A stretch of 64,000 bases of DNA, from positions 1-64,000 of the forward strand of contig JAQGDQ010000508.1 of assembly GCA_030141605.1 (NCBI GenBank), written 5' to 3'. A model generated the notes under the pieces. The model worked only from the letters and a program-made list of their open reading frames with translations, was not told the origin of the DNA and ran no database searches. A program made the position numbers and the translations under genes. This stretch comes from Tubiluchus corallicola (taxonomy: Eukaryota; Animalia; Priapulida). Of this stretch, positions 15,226 through 29,980 are shown piece by piece (the stretch's first letter is position 1; each line of letters begins with the position of its first letter).

Positions 15226-15738
15226 TTAAAGCGCAAAAAACAATATTCTTTTACAAAGCTTAAAAATTCGTTGTAAAAATTTTGCATCACCTACATTCTA
15301 TCTTTATGCGCACAGAACTTATATTAGCGGCGTCTAGTGGCAGCAATGCTGTAGAAACTTTGAAAATTAAGATTCCCTCGATGGCCGTAAGGCGCAACCA
15401 TTTTAACGGTAAGTCAGCAGGTAAGTTTAGAATAACTGTGGCGCAAAGTTCGAAAAAAATCAGAGCTTATACTTCACCGAGTAAGCAAACGTTTCAATTG
15501 CTTTGTCTTGTCGATCAGATCATTACCGTGTTTTTCGGTGAATCAGTGACGTTTTTGATGCAACTGTGATAGTGAAACGGTGAAGTTTTTACCAGCCTGC
15601 GTGAACATAATCAAGAACTTTCTTTTTCAGCTACAAACTACTGCTAAGTAATATGGGTTTGAATGTTTTTTGGCACCTACTTACTTTGAGACATACTTTG
15701 CGACAACAGAAAACAAAAAATCCCCCTTTCCCCTTTAA
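15226..15738 (+). mobile_element. Kolobok-like family D-related element
   Basis: TTAA|AG ... CCCCT|TTAA; shares AAGCTTAAAAATTCGT and GGCGCAACCATTTTAACG with 48912-49386. Confidence 0.6.
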
Positions 15739-17156
15739 AACTATTAAACAAGGCATTAAAACGATAGCAAAGGACAGGTTTATCATTTACAATAGATGAT
15801 AGTAATTTTGGTTGATTACCATGAATATCTTGTGTCACGTTGTCCATAAATGACGTTTGCTGATGCTAATGACGTATGCTCACGGTGTGTGCATAGCGCC
15901 CGAACGAAGTTGATCTTGGTCTGTAAATGGATGTGTGACAACCTGGACGGTTTCTTCTGCCACTCTGTTTTCGGCTATTTACTTTTTTGCGGGAGGTTGT
16001 ACATAAATCTGTTTGAGACCGGGTTACCATTTTACTGCCTCTGTATAGAATTATTGATAGATTCCGGTCTCGCCACAATGATTATATAACTTTAGATTTA
16101 ATTAGGTCTGGCAGTGAATAGCGGTTGTAGGTTGCGAGCTGTCGAACTGTAGAAATATGGCTTACAAGATAAGCTTGTCGAGAACAAAACTCGACAAAAA
16201 ATATCACATTTTAAGATTGGTTATATTCATGTTTACTTGAGTGAAGAAAGATTTTCACTGCTGTACTTTCAAAATCACAATCGGGGGGTTGCTAAACTAA
16301 AAGGCCAGGTGGAAAAATGGGAAATTAACGGTTGAAAATACATTGTTAATTGACTTTCAGCGCAGCAGTGAGTCTTAAAACTTTGAACAGAACACCAGCA
16401 AATGGAGATGACATTTCCGGAAAAAGTGACTAGACAAGAACAAGGTAATCATGTACTCTACGCAGAAGAAAGACAACGGCGAGAGAAAACGATTAACTTT
16501 TGTCCTTTTTGAACAATTTTCTAAGGCAAAATTGGCATCGTGACAGTTTTATTTATTAACTAGGCGAAGGTGCACTTGAACAACAAGTCTACGGCTTTGA
16601 AATTAATGAGTTCTTTCTCGTGAAGGCACCCCATGGAGTTATCAAGTTTATTTTCCGTTTTTCTTGACAAAATAACCCAAATCAGTTTTCATATTTTTCA
16701 TGATTTCGTCAATCGACAATTTGATGCATATGTGATACGTTTAAAATCTGTTTTATCTGCCATTTATTCAAGATTTACCTTGTAATGCATGCCATCATTT
16801 CCCGTAACGTAAAATTCAAGCCATGTGCAATAACCCCAAGGGATGTTTGGAAATTTCTCACCATGTGTCGTGGTGACTTTTGTGACAAATAAAACGAAAA
16901 GACGAGAATTTTTACCACCGTCGTAACGCTGAACTTTATTCTTTTTTTTCCGAACGCAATATGCTAGTTTGCCCTTTCATACCAACTCAACAACTGCCTA
17001 ACTTCTTTTCTACAGTTACACGTAAAATCAATTCAATTCAATGGCTTCTCTCTGGGGGGCGAATCGTGAAGCCCAAACTTCACGACACCATGAATTTTTG
17101 CCAATCTTAAGTCGTTTCCATTTCAAAAGTACGAGCATTGCAATACATGGATGGAT

Positions 17157-17640
17157 GTGTACTCAAAGTTGCTGTCTTTCCTTGACATTTTCCCACTTTC
17201 TGGTTCTCATTGTTATGATGTCATTAAAGTATTCCTATCTAAGTGTCTGGTCAAAGTTGTTGTCTTCCCTAGACATTTTTCCACTCTTGTGCTTCTCATT
17301 GTCATGATGTCATCAAAGTATTTCTATCTAAGTGTCTGGTCAAAGTTGCTGTCTTTCCTGGACGTTTTTCCACTCTTGTGGTTCTCATTGTCATGATGTC
17401 ATCAAAGTATTCCTATCTGAGTGTCTGCTCAAAGTTGCTGTCTTTCCTGGACATTTTTCCACTCTTGTGGTTCTCATTGTCATGATGTCATTAAAATATT
17501 TCTATCTAAGTGTCTAGTCAAAGCTGCTGCCTTTACTAGATATTTGTCAACCTTTCTATTGTCAGCTAGATATTCTTATCTGTTTATCTGGTCATAGTTA
17601 CAATCTTTTTCTGGACATTGGTCAAGCTTGTTGTTCTCAG
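17157..17640. repeat. 89-bp tandem repeat, about 5 copies decaying rightwards
   Basis: (A/G)AGTGTCT anchors at 17241, 17330, 17419 and 17508 (period 89). Confidence 0.93.
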
Positions 17641-19388
17641 CCATATGATGAAAATATTCACATTCAATAAAAAGTCGTAGAATAGACTGTGTGTTCCTAT
17701 CCTGCCTGTCAGTGGGACTTTTCTCCTATAATTTACATGTTTTTATAATGTGCCTCCGTGTTTTTATAATTTTGCCTTCAAGCCATAAATAGTTTACTTT
17801 AGGCATAGTAAGTATTCTTACAATCACATGCATGAAAGACTTATGAAGTCCTTGAAGTTTTTGTTGGCCACAAATAGGCTTGGACTCGACTACAATCGTA
17901 GTTTGCAAAAAGGTTTCTGACTTGTCTGGGGACTGAACTGCTGTTCGTATAAACTTACGTTAGAAATTCTTTGCACCATTACGTTAGAACAATTTTAGAC
18001 GCAATTGATATTACATGCAGACAGGCGTCATTGATGTAAATGAGCTTTACAGAAACACTATCAAATCGCATTTTGCTACTTTTTATGAATAGGCGCAACC
18101 AATACACAAATTAATTAAACCAGTATTGATTTCAATATCTGCCGCCCTTCAAACGCAAGTGTGTGATTCAAAGATTTCGTTTCTGTAATATCATCCTCAT
18201 TTCTCCTAAAACTCGCAGTGGGACTTGGATAAGTAGGAAAATGTCCAATTAACTATAGTGGTTAATAATGACTCGTGTTCCTAATGTATTCCGGTTTGTC
18301 ATTGATGTATCTGAGATAGTTCTAGGTTGATGACTTGGCATAAGCTGATCTGCTCCGTGATACGGTTTATTTCACGCATTATATTAGATTGAATTAGATA
18401 ATTAAGCACGATACCATTTATTGTAAACATTATAATTATTATATTATTTGAGATAATAAGCGCGCCAAAATACACACAGAAGACATTTCTCCTTCAAATG
18501 GCGATGGCGCAGACTGACACGCCATTGTAGCATTTCTTTCACATTACTCTGCCGGGTCATTTAGATAGCAAAGTCATTTTGCAGGTACTAAATAAAACTT
18601 TACGCAAAAGCACATTTCTCCGCTTGTGTAGTGTTGAAGTAACACAAATTTTTTACTTAATTAATCTCTTTGTGCTATATTATACTATCTTGTAAGCCAT
18701 ACTTTCTCGAATTCCTGCCAAAAGCTTTTCTAGAGCAAGGACAAATCTTAGCGTACTCTATTACTTAACCTAATAGCGAAAATGTTCCTAGCACTAAGCT
18801 ACGAGCACTTGGTGTACAGTAAGAGACAGAAGGTTATAGAGAAATTTGTTTGTCAGAAAATAGTTCACAGATACTAACTAATATAGCATGAATGCTATTT
18901 TTGCGTATCAAATGTCACACTGACCGCAGATAAATTTGCTGCAGTAACTGGCTTTTTATATTTCATGGTTTATGAGTGCGCATTTGAAAGATCTGGAAAA
19001 GTTATGAACAAGAAACTTTTGTGGGATGATTTACGCACGCTGACCGTCGCCGGAACGTCAACGGACACTAATAACCGATCAATAAATTGGAAGCCCTTTA
19101 GATTCATTTCAACTTGCTTGCATGGCATAGCGTATATTTGGTAGTTTTCTGTAGCTCTTACTTTATCACGTTTATAGGCTGCGATAAAAATGACCACTGC
19201 ACGGAATATCAACTTGAGGAACCCGTGATCGATGCAGACAGATGTGCAATGTCTAAGAGGCCATTAAATGTGATGAAACGTCGTTAACTAGTTCGTGTGT
19301 TTACAACGTAAAAGTCTTATTTCAGTTCAACAATAAACAACTTTTCGAAAAGCACCGCTGCCGTGGATGCACAGCTATCTGTGAATCT

Positions 19389-19560
<172 letters not shown>

Positions 19561-21096
19561 AGTCTGTTTACCGCATTGTTAAATTTAAAAATGATTAAAA
19601 CGATATAAAAAAATAAAAAGGCGACTGTACCATACTTTAATTCATGACCTAAGCAATTTAGATTAATCAGTCAGGTTTGCTAAAGCAAATCTATTCGATT
19701 CTAAAAATGTAATTATTTTTGCATACAATCGTCTATGCTTCCCTGTATAGATTAAAAACGCAAAATAAAGCAACATGAAATGTCTGCTCATAAATTCATA
19801 CCGCAACAAAATGTACAAAAAAAACTAATTTAGGAGACTTCCGCTCTCTTGCTTGTAAACTCCTAAAGTATTCTAAAGGTAGATCGGAAAAGGATGTTTT
19901 TTGAACTTTGCATTTCCTTATATCGAAAACGCTAGAGGTAACGTTAAAATATTCCATCACTATCAGGCACTTTTGGTTATTACTAACTGATATCTGTATT
20001 ATTAATAATGATAGGAGTTACCTAGCTTTAAACCATTGTAATGAGTTGTGGACAAGTCGTAACTCCTATAAATAATTAGGAGGCAAATAGTAATCGCCAA
20101 ACATAATTGAGGTAAAATAGAGGTGACTACAAATTGAATGAATGAGTCTAAGGAATACGTTGACGAACATTCAGAGTTGCTGTTCAGATCCAGCTGTTTA
20201 TTTCAACTAATCTCTTTTGCCTCGCCCAATATAGAATTTGTAATTTATTATTGGCGTACACATTATACTACAATTACATACATACATACATACACACAAC
20301 AAAACAACAACAAAATACAAATGTACAAAATAGACCTATTACATTATAGATATAGAACCAAAAAACACACATAACAAATAACAAATTTATATAATTTTAA
20401 TATAGATACAGTTAGCGTATCGTAAATAGTTTTATCAATATTAACATGTTAATACTATGTACTCCTTTTTTTTAAACACTTAAAATGTAATGGGCGGCTG
20501 TTGTGGTTATCGTCAACTATGTGCAATCTAAGGGCGACTATTTTGGCTATCGCAGTCGTTACCCCCCCCCCCCCATTGCGAATTTTAGCTTTTCATTATC
20601 GTTCAAGTTAACATTACATTAACAATACATTAGTAACTCCATTGGTCGTATTTTCGTTGTCTTTTCGATATCAAAAAATCTTTATTCTTCGTTTTCACTA
20701 AATAAAACGTTCGTTCTTCTGTCAGAATTCGACTGTTGCACAGTGAAAAAAGAGAAGTGAAGCTAGTAAAGTGACGTTAGCCAGACGTCTCACGCTCTAA
20801 GAGAAAACAGGAGGTTTGTAAGCATCCAGATTCAATTTAAGTCGCCAGTTTATTTTTCTTTGGCTTCACCAAAGCAGTTAAGTTGATCTGACCGTGCTTT
20901 TTACAAACGAGGCGTGTAGGGTATGTGAGCTAGTATGTAACTTTTCCTTTACGTGGTTTATATGATGCTCTTTTACCGTGCTTCTAAAAAATCTTCTAAC
21001 TGTCTTGCATTAAATGAACGAAAGAACAGATGAACGAACGAGCATACGAATAAGTGAACATACGAAAAAAATAAATGAATGATGAATAAATGAATT

Positions 21097-21302
21097 AAAG
21101 ACAAAGACAAGATTTATTTACCGTCACTCATTTAACAGACAACATTAGCACTATGGCTATTTCTCGACTTGCACTTTGCAGGTCTGGACGCACACAAATA
21201 ACGAATAAAAATAGCGTATATACCCTGGCATCGGCAGCTGCTAGTATCGAACTCAAGACTGCGTGGTTGCAATCCGAAATCTAACCACTCGGCCATACAA
21301 CC
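21097..21302 (-). mobile_element. tRNA-derived SINE, about 205 bp
   Basis: Minus strand reads GGTTGTATGGCCGAGTGGTTAG (A box) ... GAGTTCGATAC (B box), then a body, AAATAAA and a (TCTTTG)n tail. Homologous to 29776-29980 and 31885-32650. Confidence 0.8.
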
Positions 21303-21304
21303 AA

Positions 21305-21680
21305 TGACTGATTGAATGAATAAATGATTGATTGAATGAATGAATGAATGAATGAATGAAAGAATGAATGAATGAATGAATGAATGAATGAATGAATGAG
21401 TAAGTGAGTGAATGAATGAATGAATGAACGAATGAATAAATGAAAAAATGAGAGGATAAATGACTGACTGACTAACTGACTTACTGACTGACTGACTCAC
21501 TGACTCACTGACTCACTGACTGACTGACTGACTGACTGACTGACTGACTGACTGACTGACTGACTGAATGAATGAATGAATGAATGAATGAATGAATGAA
21601 TGAATGAATGAATGAATGAATGAATGAATAAACGAACAAACAAATGAAAGAAAGAAAGAATGAATGATTAAACAAATGAA
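21305..21680. repeat. (GAAT)n/(GACT)n compound tetranucleotide array
   Basis: Seen directly. Confidence 0.97.
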
Positions 21681-23599
21681 TAATTTGTTCATTCATTACA
21701 TCATTCCATTTTAAGCACTAACGTTTTTTTGTCACGATTCACTTTAAATTTTTAGATTATCTCCATTACTTTTTTCTCTATCACTGTGTGGGACAATCTA
21801 ACAAGCCCTGCTTTTTGATTGCCCGCAACACATTTACCTTCGTGTATAAGTGAATAGTGCTTGAGGCTTTTTCTGTGCAGTATTTCTTATTTGTATTATA
21901 TCCATTGTAGGCCCTTTCACTAGATATTGTTTATGTAACGTGTAAATGTGAGTGGTGAAATAAATTACTTATGACTTATGACTTAATAATTGGCTGAATA
22001 AATGAATCAACTAATGCTCTGCAACTTTTTGCATAAATTATTATTACGATTATCTTATGGACGAGTCAAATACTAGTTTCTTGTATTTACTACGCGAACT
22101 GTACCTGAGGTTTACAACTTTGTTCGTTACTGTGAAAAATACCCCACATCTGCTGCATACCTCCTTACTTCATCAGCTATTTTAAGGCCTTTGTAAAGAT
22201 GTTATCTCCTTTGTAAAATCCTAGCAAGCGAAGTTGTCGTAGATTGACAAGTTGTTATGACTTTTTGGCGGGCAGTGTAAACTTCGAGTGCCGTTTCTGG
22301 AGCAGAAATACTGCGATTAGTACTTTTCAAGGTGATCCAGATTCTTGATGAGGTAGCTCCACACTAATCAAATTAATGTTATAGTTGTCGTTCCATTTTC
22401 CTAAAAAGCGATTTAGTTTAAACGATATTTTGTTTAAATTTTATTTTTAGTATTTCAAATATAATATTTAATATCTCATTTGTAAATTGATTATACATGA
22501 AGGAAAATGCTTCGTGGATCTTCTTCTACTGCGGTTAGTCATTTTCTAACTGCAGTTACGTAAAATACCGCCTTACAGTCGAAACAAAACAAGTTTTCTG
22601 TCAATTCCTCTATGTCATTTTAGTAATTGTCCAATCGTTCCCCAAAGTGCAGCGGACGGTTGGAAAATAAAAAGCTTTGTCCGTCTCTTAATCTAATGTG
22701 ATTAGAGTATAGGATTGTAGCCATCTGTATTGGCAGCGAGCTAACTCGCTGTACTGGCGCTCACTACTGACACATCATTTACAACTATTCGTAATACTGC
22801 AGGGGAATTTGGCCGAGCTTACGTATTAATATGGCACTGAGCTGGTATTAAACAAACAGAATTGCATTTTAAATATTCATGCCGTTCTTTAGAAACCTTG
22901 ACTTCGTATAATTATATTGAGAGACTGAGAAAACTAGGTATTTCTGGAGATATTCAGTTCAGCACTACGAATTTATTTCCTCGATGTTCATGCTGCCTTT
23001 GTCAAGATGTGTTTATTTGGACGTAATATCTTATTTCACCAGTGTTACGATGCTTAATCACATTGCAATCTGCTTCTTTTGCAAACCTTGACGTAGCGAA
23101 GATGTTGCGTACATAGCAGCAAGTGTTATTAGAGTCAGGGTTTCTTTTGTTCACCCACCACGCAAATAGTTATGAGACCTATATGAAAATGAATTGAATT
23201 GAAATGAGCTGAACTGAATTGAATCAGATATGGAAGTAGGTGTGTGGCCATCAGTGTTTATGGTTACCAGGTTCAAGGTTACTGCATTTCTTACAAAAAC
23301 TATGCCCAATTTAAACCAAGTTTGCAGAAAGAACTTTTTATTTAAATTATTACTGTAAATTCGATTTAATAAAATCAACACAAAATAACATATTGATAAT
23401 TTCTGCACTAAAATACATATAACTAGTGTAATTAATATTGCACAATATATGTGTTTCTCAAGGTGTGTTTTGTCAACATTAGATTATGTATGTTTTAGGG
23501 GACCAAAAAAGCCGCGGCTTATAGGGGCCAGGCCCACATAGAGGGAAATGTTATAATTATTATCAAAATATGATTATGGGATTTTTGACTACATTTCGT

Positions 23600-24650
23600 A
23601 AACATTTAGAATTAGGCTAATACATTAGTATGGCAGATGGAAAACGAGAGTGTTGGTATTTTTTCTGTACCAAGGAGTATTTGTAACATTTACTAATAAT
23701 TGTCGGTTTTTGTATGCAGCACTTTCATTTGCAAATGATGATGATTTATTAGTACCAGAACTTCGTGATTGAGCGCGCAGTAACAAATTTATCGAATTTG
23801 ATCCCATTCAAGGTTTCTCAAGCAATATAATTACGATCCTTGATTAACGTAAGATGGTATCAGAAGTACAGCATTGAATTTGACAATGTTTTAATACAGT
23901 CACTAAGAAAACATTTTTTGCAATCCTTAGCAAAACTACGACAACAAAAACTGTTTATTCATGAAAGCTTAAATGTAGAGAAAGATAAGAAACACCTTAA
24001 AATAATAAAGTATGCTCAACTTAATCTTTATCTAAATCAAACACATCAACTGTTGTTGTTTTGCCTTGCGCATAACTGAATTGAATTGAATTAAAACGAT
24101 TTGTAAGGATAATAAAAATATGAAATTTAAACAGTTTAGTCAATTGGTTCTTTAATTTACGACTTTAGAAATCTCGGGATTTTTAGAGCAGCTTATCAAA
24201 TATATTTGGCGTTAATTAATTTTGAACAGTCAGCTTCCTCTACTGTTATACAGCAGTAGACTGTGGAATGCAGAAATGTAAACAGAATACGACGAAACAC
24301 AATCGGGAATTGGTTAATAAGTCGTGTTTGCTGGAAGTTAACAAGGTTCAGAACATTACCAGTCTGAACAATAAAGGGAAGTCCACTTGCTCACAGTAGC
24401 CTGATATTGATGTGAGATGACATACAGTTATAATAATGTAGCCTAAACAATGGTGAAGTCTTCTTTTGATATTGTACAACAAATTTGTATAAGATGGCAT
24501 CATACATAATATTATTACATGTCTCTGTGTAGACGCTGTCTTCGAAAGTATTGAAATTACGTTTGCTCTTTTGTTCAATAATTGTCGTAGATGAAATTTT
24601 GTCAACCAACCGCGATTCTTTCCGTTTTTATTCACGCTGCTTATATTTTT
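23600..24650 (-). pseudogene. Decayed CR1/L2-group LINE fragments (probably two nested or adjacent pieces)
   Basis: Broken minus-strand motifs GWLTKFHL..L.NKRA (LxWxxHI..KA) and an (AATTC)n tail-like run near 24078-24092. Many stops and frameshifts. Confidence 0.3.
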
Positions 24651-25349
24651 TTGTGACACAGTTTTTCTGACAAAGGATTAGATATACTACACTTTCTTCC
24701 TACTCACATATTTTCATTTAGCATCATAAGTTTGAGGGTAAATTTTTTAGTCAATTTATTTTGTCAAGTAGCAACATAAAATGCTACGCGTGTAATGTTG
24801 TCATGGAGACTGTCGCAAAAACCTGTAAGGTCACAGACCTGGCCGCCACCAGAATGGCCAACGTTAGTCGTTTGTTTCACCAACCGAAATTTCTTAGAAT
24901 ATTCCACCGTCTCACAAGCCATACAATTTTTCTAGAAACAATTCTGGTCTCGCCAAGAGTTGAAACCCACCAGGGAATATCTTCAAAAATGACGTTCATG
25001 GAAAATTTTATTAATGTAAAGTAAAATTTGGACAATAGCTGATGTACATCCAAATTGAAAATGACGGCAGTTATTAAGTCACTAATGATAACGTGGTGAA
25101 ATAGGATTACCTTCAAACGCACGCAAATTTTAGGGACATAATTGAAATGAAAATATTTGATGCTGGGTGCGGATGCGTGAGTGAGCGCTACGTGAAGCCA
25201 CTTCAGTTTGACACTGACGATGGTTGATATTACTGCTAGGTCAAACTCATCACACCTTTCAAAACAAGATGACAGGTCGATTGACAAGTATAATTGGCAT
25301 TTTAAAGAAATTGCGGTCGCAATAATAAGACGAAAGTTCTAGGAATCTA

Positions 25350-26005
25350 TAGTAGTGCGAAAGGACCGTAAGCTAAGTCTGTGCGGAATCCTTAGAGGAA
25401 AATCGGACGATTGTTTAGACTCATTCTCATTTTAATTTACTGCACAAAATATACATTTTCTTGTCTGTGAAAGTCAACAATTGTTTCTTATTTGAATAAT
25501 TAGCTTAGAAAGTTAATTAACGACAACCGAACACAGCTATTGCTTACGTCAGAAACTAACTTCAGTTTGTGCAATGGCATGCATCTCCCTTGCGCTTTGC
25601 GTAAGCGTAAGTGCTTAAACGAGTGATGTCGCGAAAATGGGCTCTACGTCATATGACGTCAGAAATTAACACTGCAGTTCATGATCATAGCTACCACGGT
25701 ACTGCCTACTGTTTGTCGGCCACGTGCATGTGACAAAACGTGCATGTTGCCAATCTTAGTAGATTTACTGAGCCGCGCGTAGCTTTGAAAGTTTAATAAA
25801 ATTTGAGCATCCGAGGTAATTATTATTTAATCTAAGCTGTAATTTAAAAAAGGTATGTAGTTTTCAATATTTTAGAGGATTCTTTATTCTGATCTAATGT
25901 TTACGCAATCGCCCGGTTTTCCTTTAGTAGTGCCAAACGACTGTAGCTAAGTCTGTGAGGAATCCTTAGTAGTGCAAAACAATTGTAAGCTAAGTCTGTG
26001 CGGAT
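25350..26005. repeat. About 42-bp minisatellite (3 copies) split by the family B insertion
   Basis: TAGTAGTGC..AA..A..GTAAGCTAAGTCTGTGCGGAATCCT occurs once before the element and twice after it. Confidence 0.85.
25392..25927 (+). mobile_element. Kolobok-like family B inserted into a minisatellite, with TTAG target duplication
   Basis: TTAG|AGGAAAATCGGACGATTG ... CAATCGCCCGGTTTTCCT|TTAG; colinear with 27446-28003. Confidence 0.85.
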
Positions 26006-26329
26006 TAAGTGCTCGTTAAACGTTTCGACGAACATAAATTTTCTGCTCATAAAAATTATTCATGCGTGGTCCACAGGTTTGGTTTTTATCCCGCTATGTG
26101 TGATGGGATAAGTTTTTCTCATTTGCATAATTTTTCAATTATTGCAACAATTTACATCAGTTACATGATTATATCGTAGATAATTAGAAATTTCTTGAGC
26201 CGAGTGTGCAATTACTTACGCACCACTTGTAACTGAAACAAGTTTAAACGGTGATCCAGAGTTATGGTTCTGGGCATCCACTAAAAGTCTTTGAAAATGG
26301 CTGTTAATTAGGGTATTAGCTCTGCACCC

Positions 26330-26540
26330 TTGTTTCGGCGAAGTTTTACAACCAGTGTACAAATTAACCTTCTTGCTTTTGTCAATTTCTGGACAATTTT
26401 GCCAAAACTTATTAGCAAAACAGGCTACCAGCGGTCTAGCAGTGCAAATGTTGAGCAATTTGATGCAAACTGCAACTGCAGTCAGAGCGAAATAACTATC
26501 AACCACGTCTTGTGCAGTTGTTTGTGGCTTTGATGTTTCT
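26330..26540 (+). pseudogene. Possible LINE ORF2 C-terminal zinc-knuckle relic
   Basis: CNCSQSEITINHVLCSC fits CxC-x8-H-x4-C, preceded by QINLL. No other motif is recognisable. Confidence 0.35.
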
Positions 26541-27445
26541 AATGCGCTTTTGGGTAGACGCCGCGCTGTGCGCTTTTCCATCAATTTGCCATTAAAGCTG
26601 CGATCGGAGGAACTTTACAGTTTAAACTGTCATTCCTTTTAATCTAACGCAGTATGTAGCCGTTTCGAAGACATCTGCAATGTTGACCACATGGCCATGT
26701 AAACTAGAAAACGAAATTAGTTTTACAGATGTCTACATATACAAGATAAGAATTTTTATTGTTGTCTTTAGTTTCTTACATTGTCTGTTGTTATGTTGTT
26801 TTGTCTTTGTTTTTTTTACAAAAGGGAGCCACTACTCGCTAAAATTGTGCTCTATAAGGCCCTGTTATTTTAAACTTTTAAAAGCTCACTAACGTAATTT
26901 GTAACTGCTAGATATTTCACAGAACATAAAAATTCTTTTTTTGGTCAGCAAAACTAATATACGTCATAAGAACACCAATGGCTTTATTTACCTACTAAAG
27001 CAGAGATTTCAGAATTTTTTATACTTGCTGAATATCTCTAAATTAGGTGTTGACCACATGTTAGCAGTTTCTACTTTACGGATTCAACCCTTTCATCACG
27101 ATTTACAGTCACTTCTACCAAGAAATGTCAAACTCAGGTGCTGACCGGCTCTTAACGTTTCAACTGAGAATCTTGAAAAAGTTGCATTTCTTAAGATTGA
27201 CGAAGATTAAGAAATTTTACTTGCTGCGAAACTGGGAAGAAATAAGAAACCCGACGCCTGTCAGTTGCTACGGGGGATGTAGAGTTTGTAAACCCACTCA
27301 GTCTTGTAACACCTAAGACATTAAACTAGTCAAAGTAAAAGAGTATGCTACGGTTGATCCAGATTTTTTATTTTTATACGATCCAATTTCAATTCAATTC
27401 AATTTTATTTGTTCCAAACACATATAATGTAAATTGGCAAAACAT

Positions 27446-28003
27446 TTAAAAGAAAACCGGGCGATTGTTTAGACTCAATCTCATTTTAATTTACTATACA
27501 AAATATACATTTTCTTGCTTATAAAGGTTAACAATTGTTCCTTATATTTGAATGATTAGCTTAGAAAGTTAATTAACGGCAACCGAACACAGCTATTGCT
27601 TACGTCAGCAATTAACCACAGTTTGTGCAATGGCAGGCGTCTTCCCTTGCGCATTAAGCACATTTGCATAAGTGTTACAGTACTGTTTAAAGTCATGATG
27701 TCACGAAAAATGGGCTTTACATCATATGACGTCAGAAACTAGCACAGCAGTTCATGGCCATGGTTATCACGCTACCACATTCTATTTGTCGGCCACGCGA
27801 ATGTGACAAAAAGGCGCCGTTGCCTATCTTAGTAGATTCACTGAGCCGCGCATAGCTTTGAAAGTTTAACGAAATTTGAATATCCGAGGTAATTATTATT
27901 TAATCTAAGCTTTGATTTAAAAAAAAGCTTTTGTAGTTTTTAATATTTTAGAGCTTTTTTTATTCTGAACTAATGTTTACACAATCATCTGGTTTTCTTT
28001 TAA
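27446..28003 (+). mobile_element. Kolobok-like family B, second copy
   Basis: TTAA|AAGAAAACCGGGCGATTG ... CAATCATCTGGTTTTCTT|TTAA. Confidence 0.85.
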
Positions 28004-29775
28004 TACACTCCATACATGTCAAATAATACATAGATATAAAATTAATTCATATAAGCTTTGTGCGAAAAGTTATTTTTTTAGACAGTGAGTGTAATAATGA
28101 TCAACATTTTTTGGCATATTGTATATTTACATGGTTAAGTTAGCTACCTAATTAAAATGTAGCACACTGATGCAAGAAGCACATTTAAATGTTTTTTCAG
28201 CAGTGGAAAACAAGAATAATGGCGTAAAAGCAGCATGTGTTCCAACTATTTAAATAAATGTTTAAAAAAATAAATAATGAAAGAGTTAAAAAAACTATAA
28301 TCTGCTTCCTTAATACTGATTTTTCCTTCCTTGAAGATCCGAGAAGTTTTTGCAGATGAAGATGAAGCGTGAGCACAAAGCCTATAAAAAAACAAAAACA
28401 TAAACAACTAGTAAACTATATACTGTGTAATATATATTATAATGATTTGTCAAAGTGTTAAATATCACAGATTAAATGTACTTGTAGCAAATGTAAGGTT
28501 AATTTTACTACTCATTTACCCTCTTTTCCATTAGTTAGTTTAAAATTTACAAGGCAATGTTGATCACTAACCCCTAATTATTTCGAATACTAAGTTGTTT
28601 CACTTTTGTGCACTGAGTTATCTAAAACAAAAAAATGTATTGTAAATAAGGATAGCTTCCCATTCTGTAGCCATACATAAATTTAATGAGCATTTCATTG
28701 CTTTCATCTGCTAACAGATAAGATTGGAACTATTACTAAAACAGATTAATTATTAAACTATGTTGCACAGCTGTGTAAGAAAGTGCTGTAGGTCCGCATG
28801 GTGTGCAACAGATGTCATCTATTGGAACTTAGTTTGTACACGAAGTATTATAATAACAGCTCTCTCTAGAATTCTTACGTACAAGTTAATAACAATGTGA
28901 AACACCCACGCTGGCTTGTTGCTTTCTGTATGTTTGTTATGATTGTTCACTATGTAATGTTGCTTAATTAACTCAATGTCTATTGCTATGTAAGAATAAT
29001 TATTACACATCTATGGTTAATATTCATCCCATATGCTGTGCCAAAGCTCGAGCGACCGTGAGTTTGGGTGCATCCTATGATTATGACCAGTTGTACTGAA
29101 ACAGGTCGTCTGTCCACAGGAAGCCATTCTCAAGGCCTGTGCACAGAAGCATGTGTTTCATAGTTGAACCTGCTATTATTGCGAAGAGAAAAAATGACAT
29201 TCTTGTGTTTCCAAATGTGTAGCAAGGTTAAAACAGAAGGATTTTCCAATGTGACAGAGAAAGCAACAAGCAAACAAACGGGATGTATAGTATGCAAACG
29301 AAACCATAGAGCTGAGACATAACTGTTGATAAATAAGAGGAAAATCACTATAGTTTACAGTGTCAGTGTTGTCAGTGCTGTTGACAAAATGATGACTTTC
29401 TATCAAACTGTGGGCTGAGAAAGAATTCCAAGTACAGTTAGAAGGATGTACGGCAGAGCATCAGCTACCCTTGCGTGTCAGCGCATCTGTCGTGCAAGAT
29501 ACTGGAGTTGTTGAAGCATTTAAATAGTCGACTAATTGTAAAAGAAGCCAAAATGGCCATAAATCTCAAAAACTCTTTATTTTCAGAAGCTTTCGTCTTC
29601 TCGGACTTCAGCTTCACAGAAAGACATAAGAGCACTATATTATTTTCAAAATAGTAGATTAGTTAGACCACCAAAAGCACTTAGTCCAGATTAGTCACAG
29701 GACCCATGGAAGCCATATTAATATTCACAAATGGAAGAAAATTTCATGATATCGCAAAATGATTTGGCAAGGTAA

Positions 29776-29980
29776 AAAGACAAAGGCAAAGACAAAAACA
29801 TGCTTTATTTACGGTCGATCATTTAAACAAACAACATTAGCGCTACTTAGCGACTCACACACCAGTACAACAATGTAGGTGGAGGACGCAACACACAATA
29901 ATGGGAATATGTCCTGGCCGTGCAGCCGCTAGTCTCGAACCCAAGGCTGCGTGGTTGTAGGCCACTCGGCCACTCAATCC
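29776..29980 (-). mobile_element. tRNA-derived SINE, same family as 21097
   Basis: TGGCCGAGTGG A box, GGGTTCGAGAC B box and the same tail, with a short deletion between the boxes. Confidence 0.75.

Noticed and set aside
21230-21302. Functional tRNA gene
   Set aside because: A and B boxes are present but there is no acceptor stem or cloverleaf, and it continues into a SINE body and tail.
22955-22975. REST/RE1 silencer site (TTCAGCACTACG) near a neural gene
   Set aside because: Only a partial left half-site with no GGACAG half; expected by chance.
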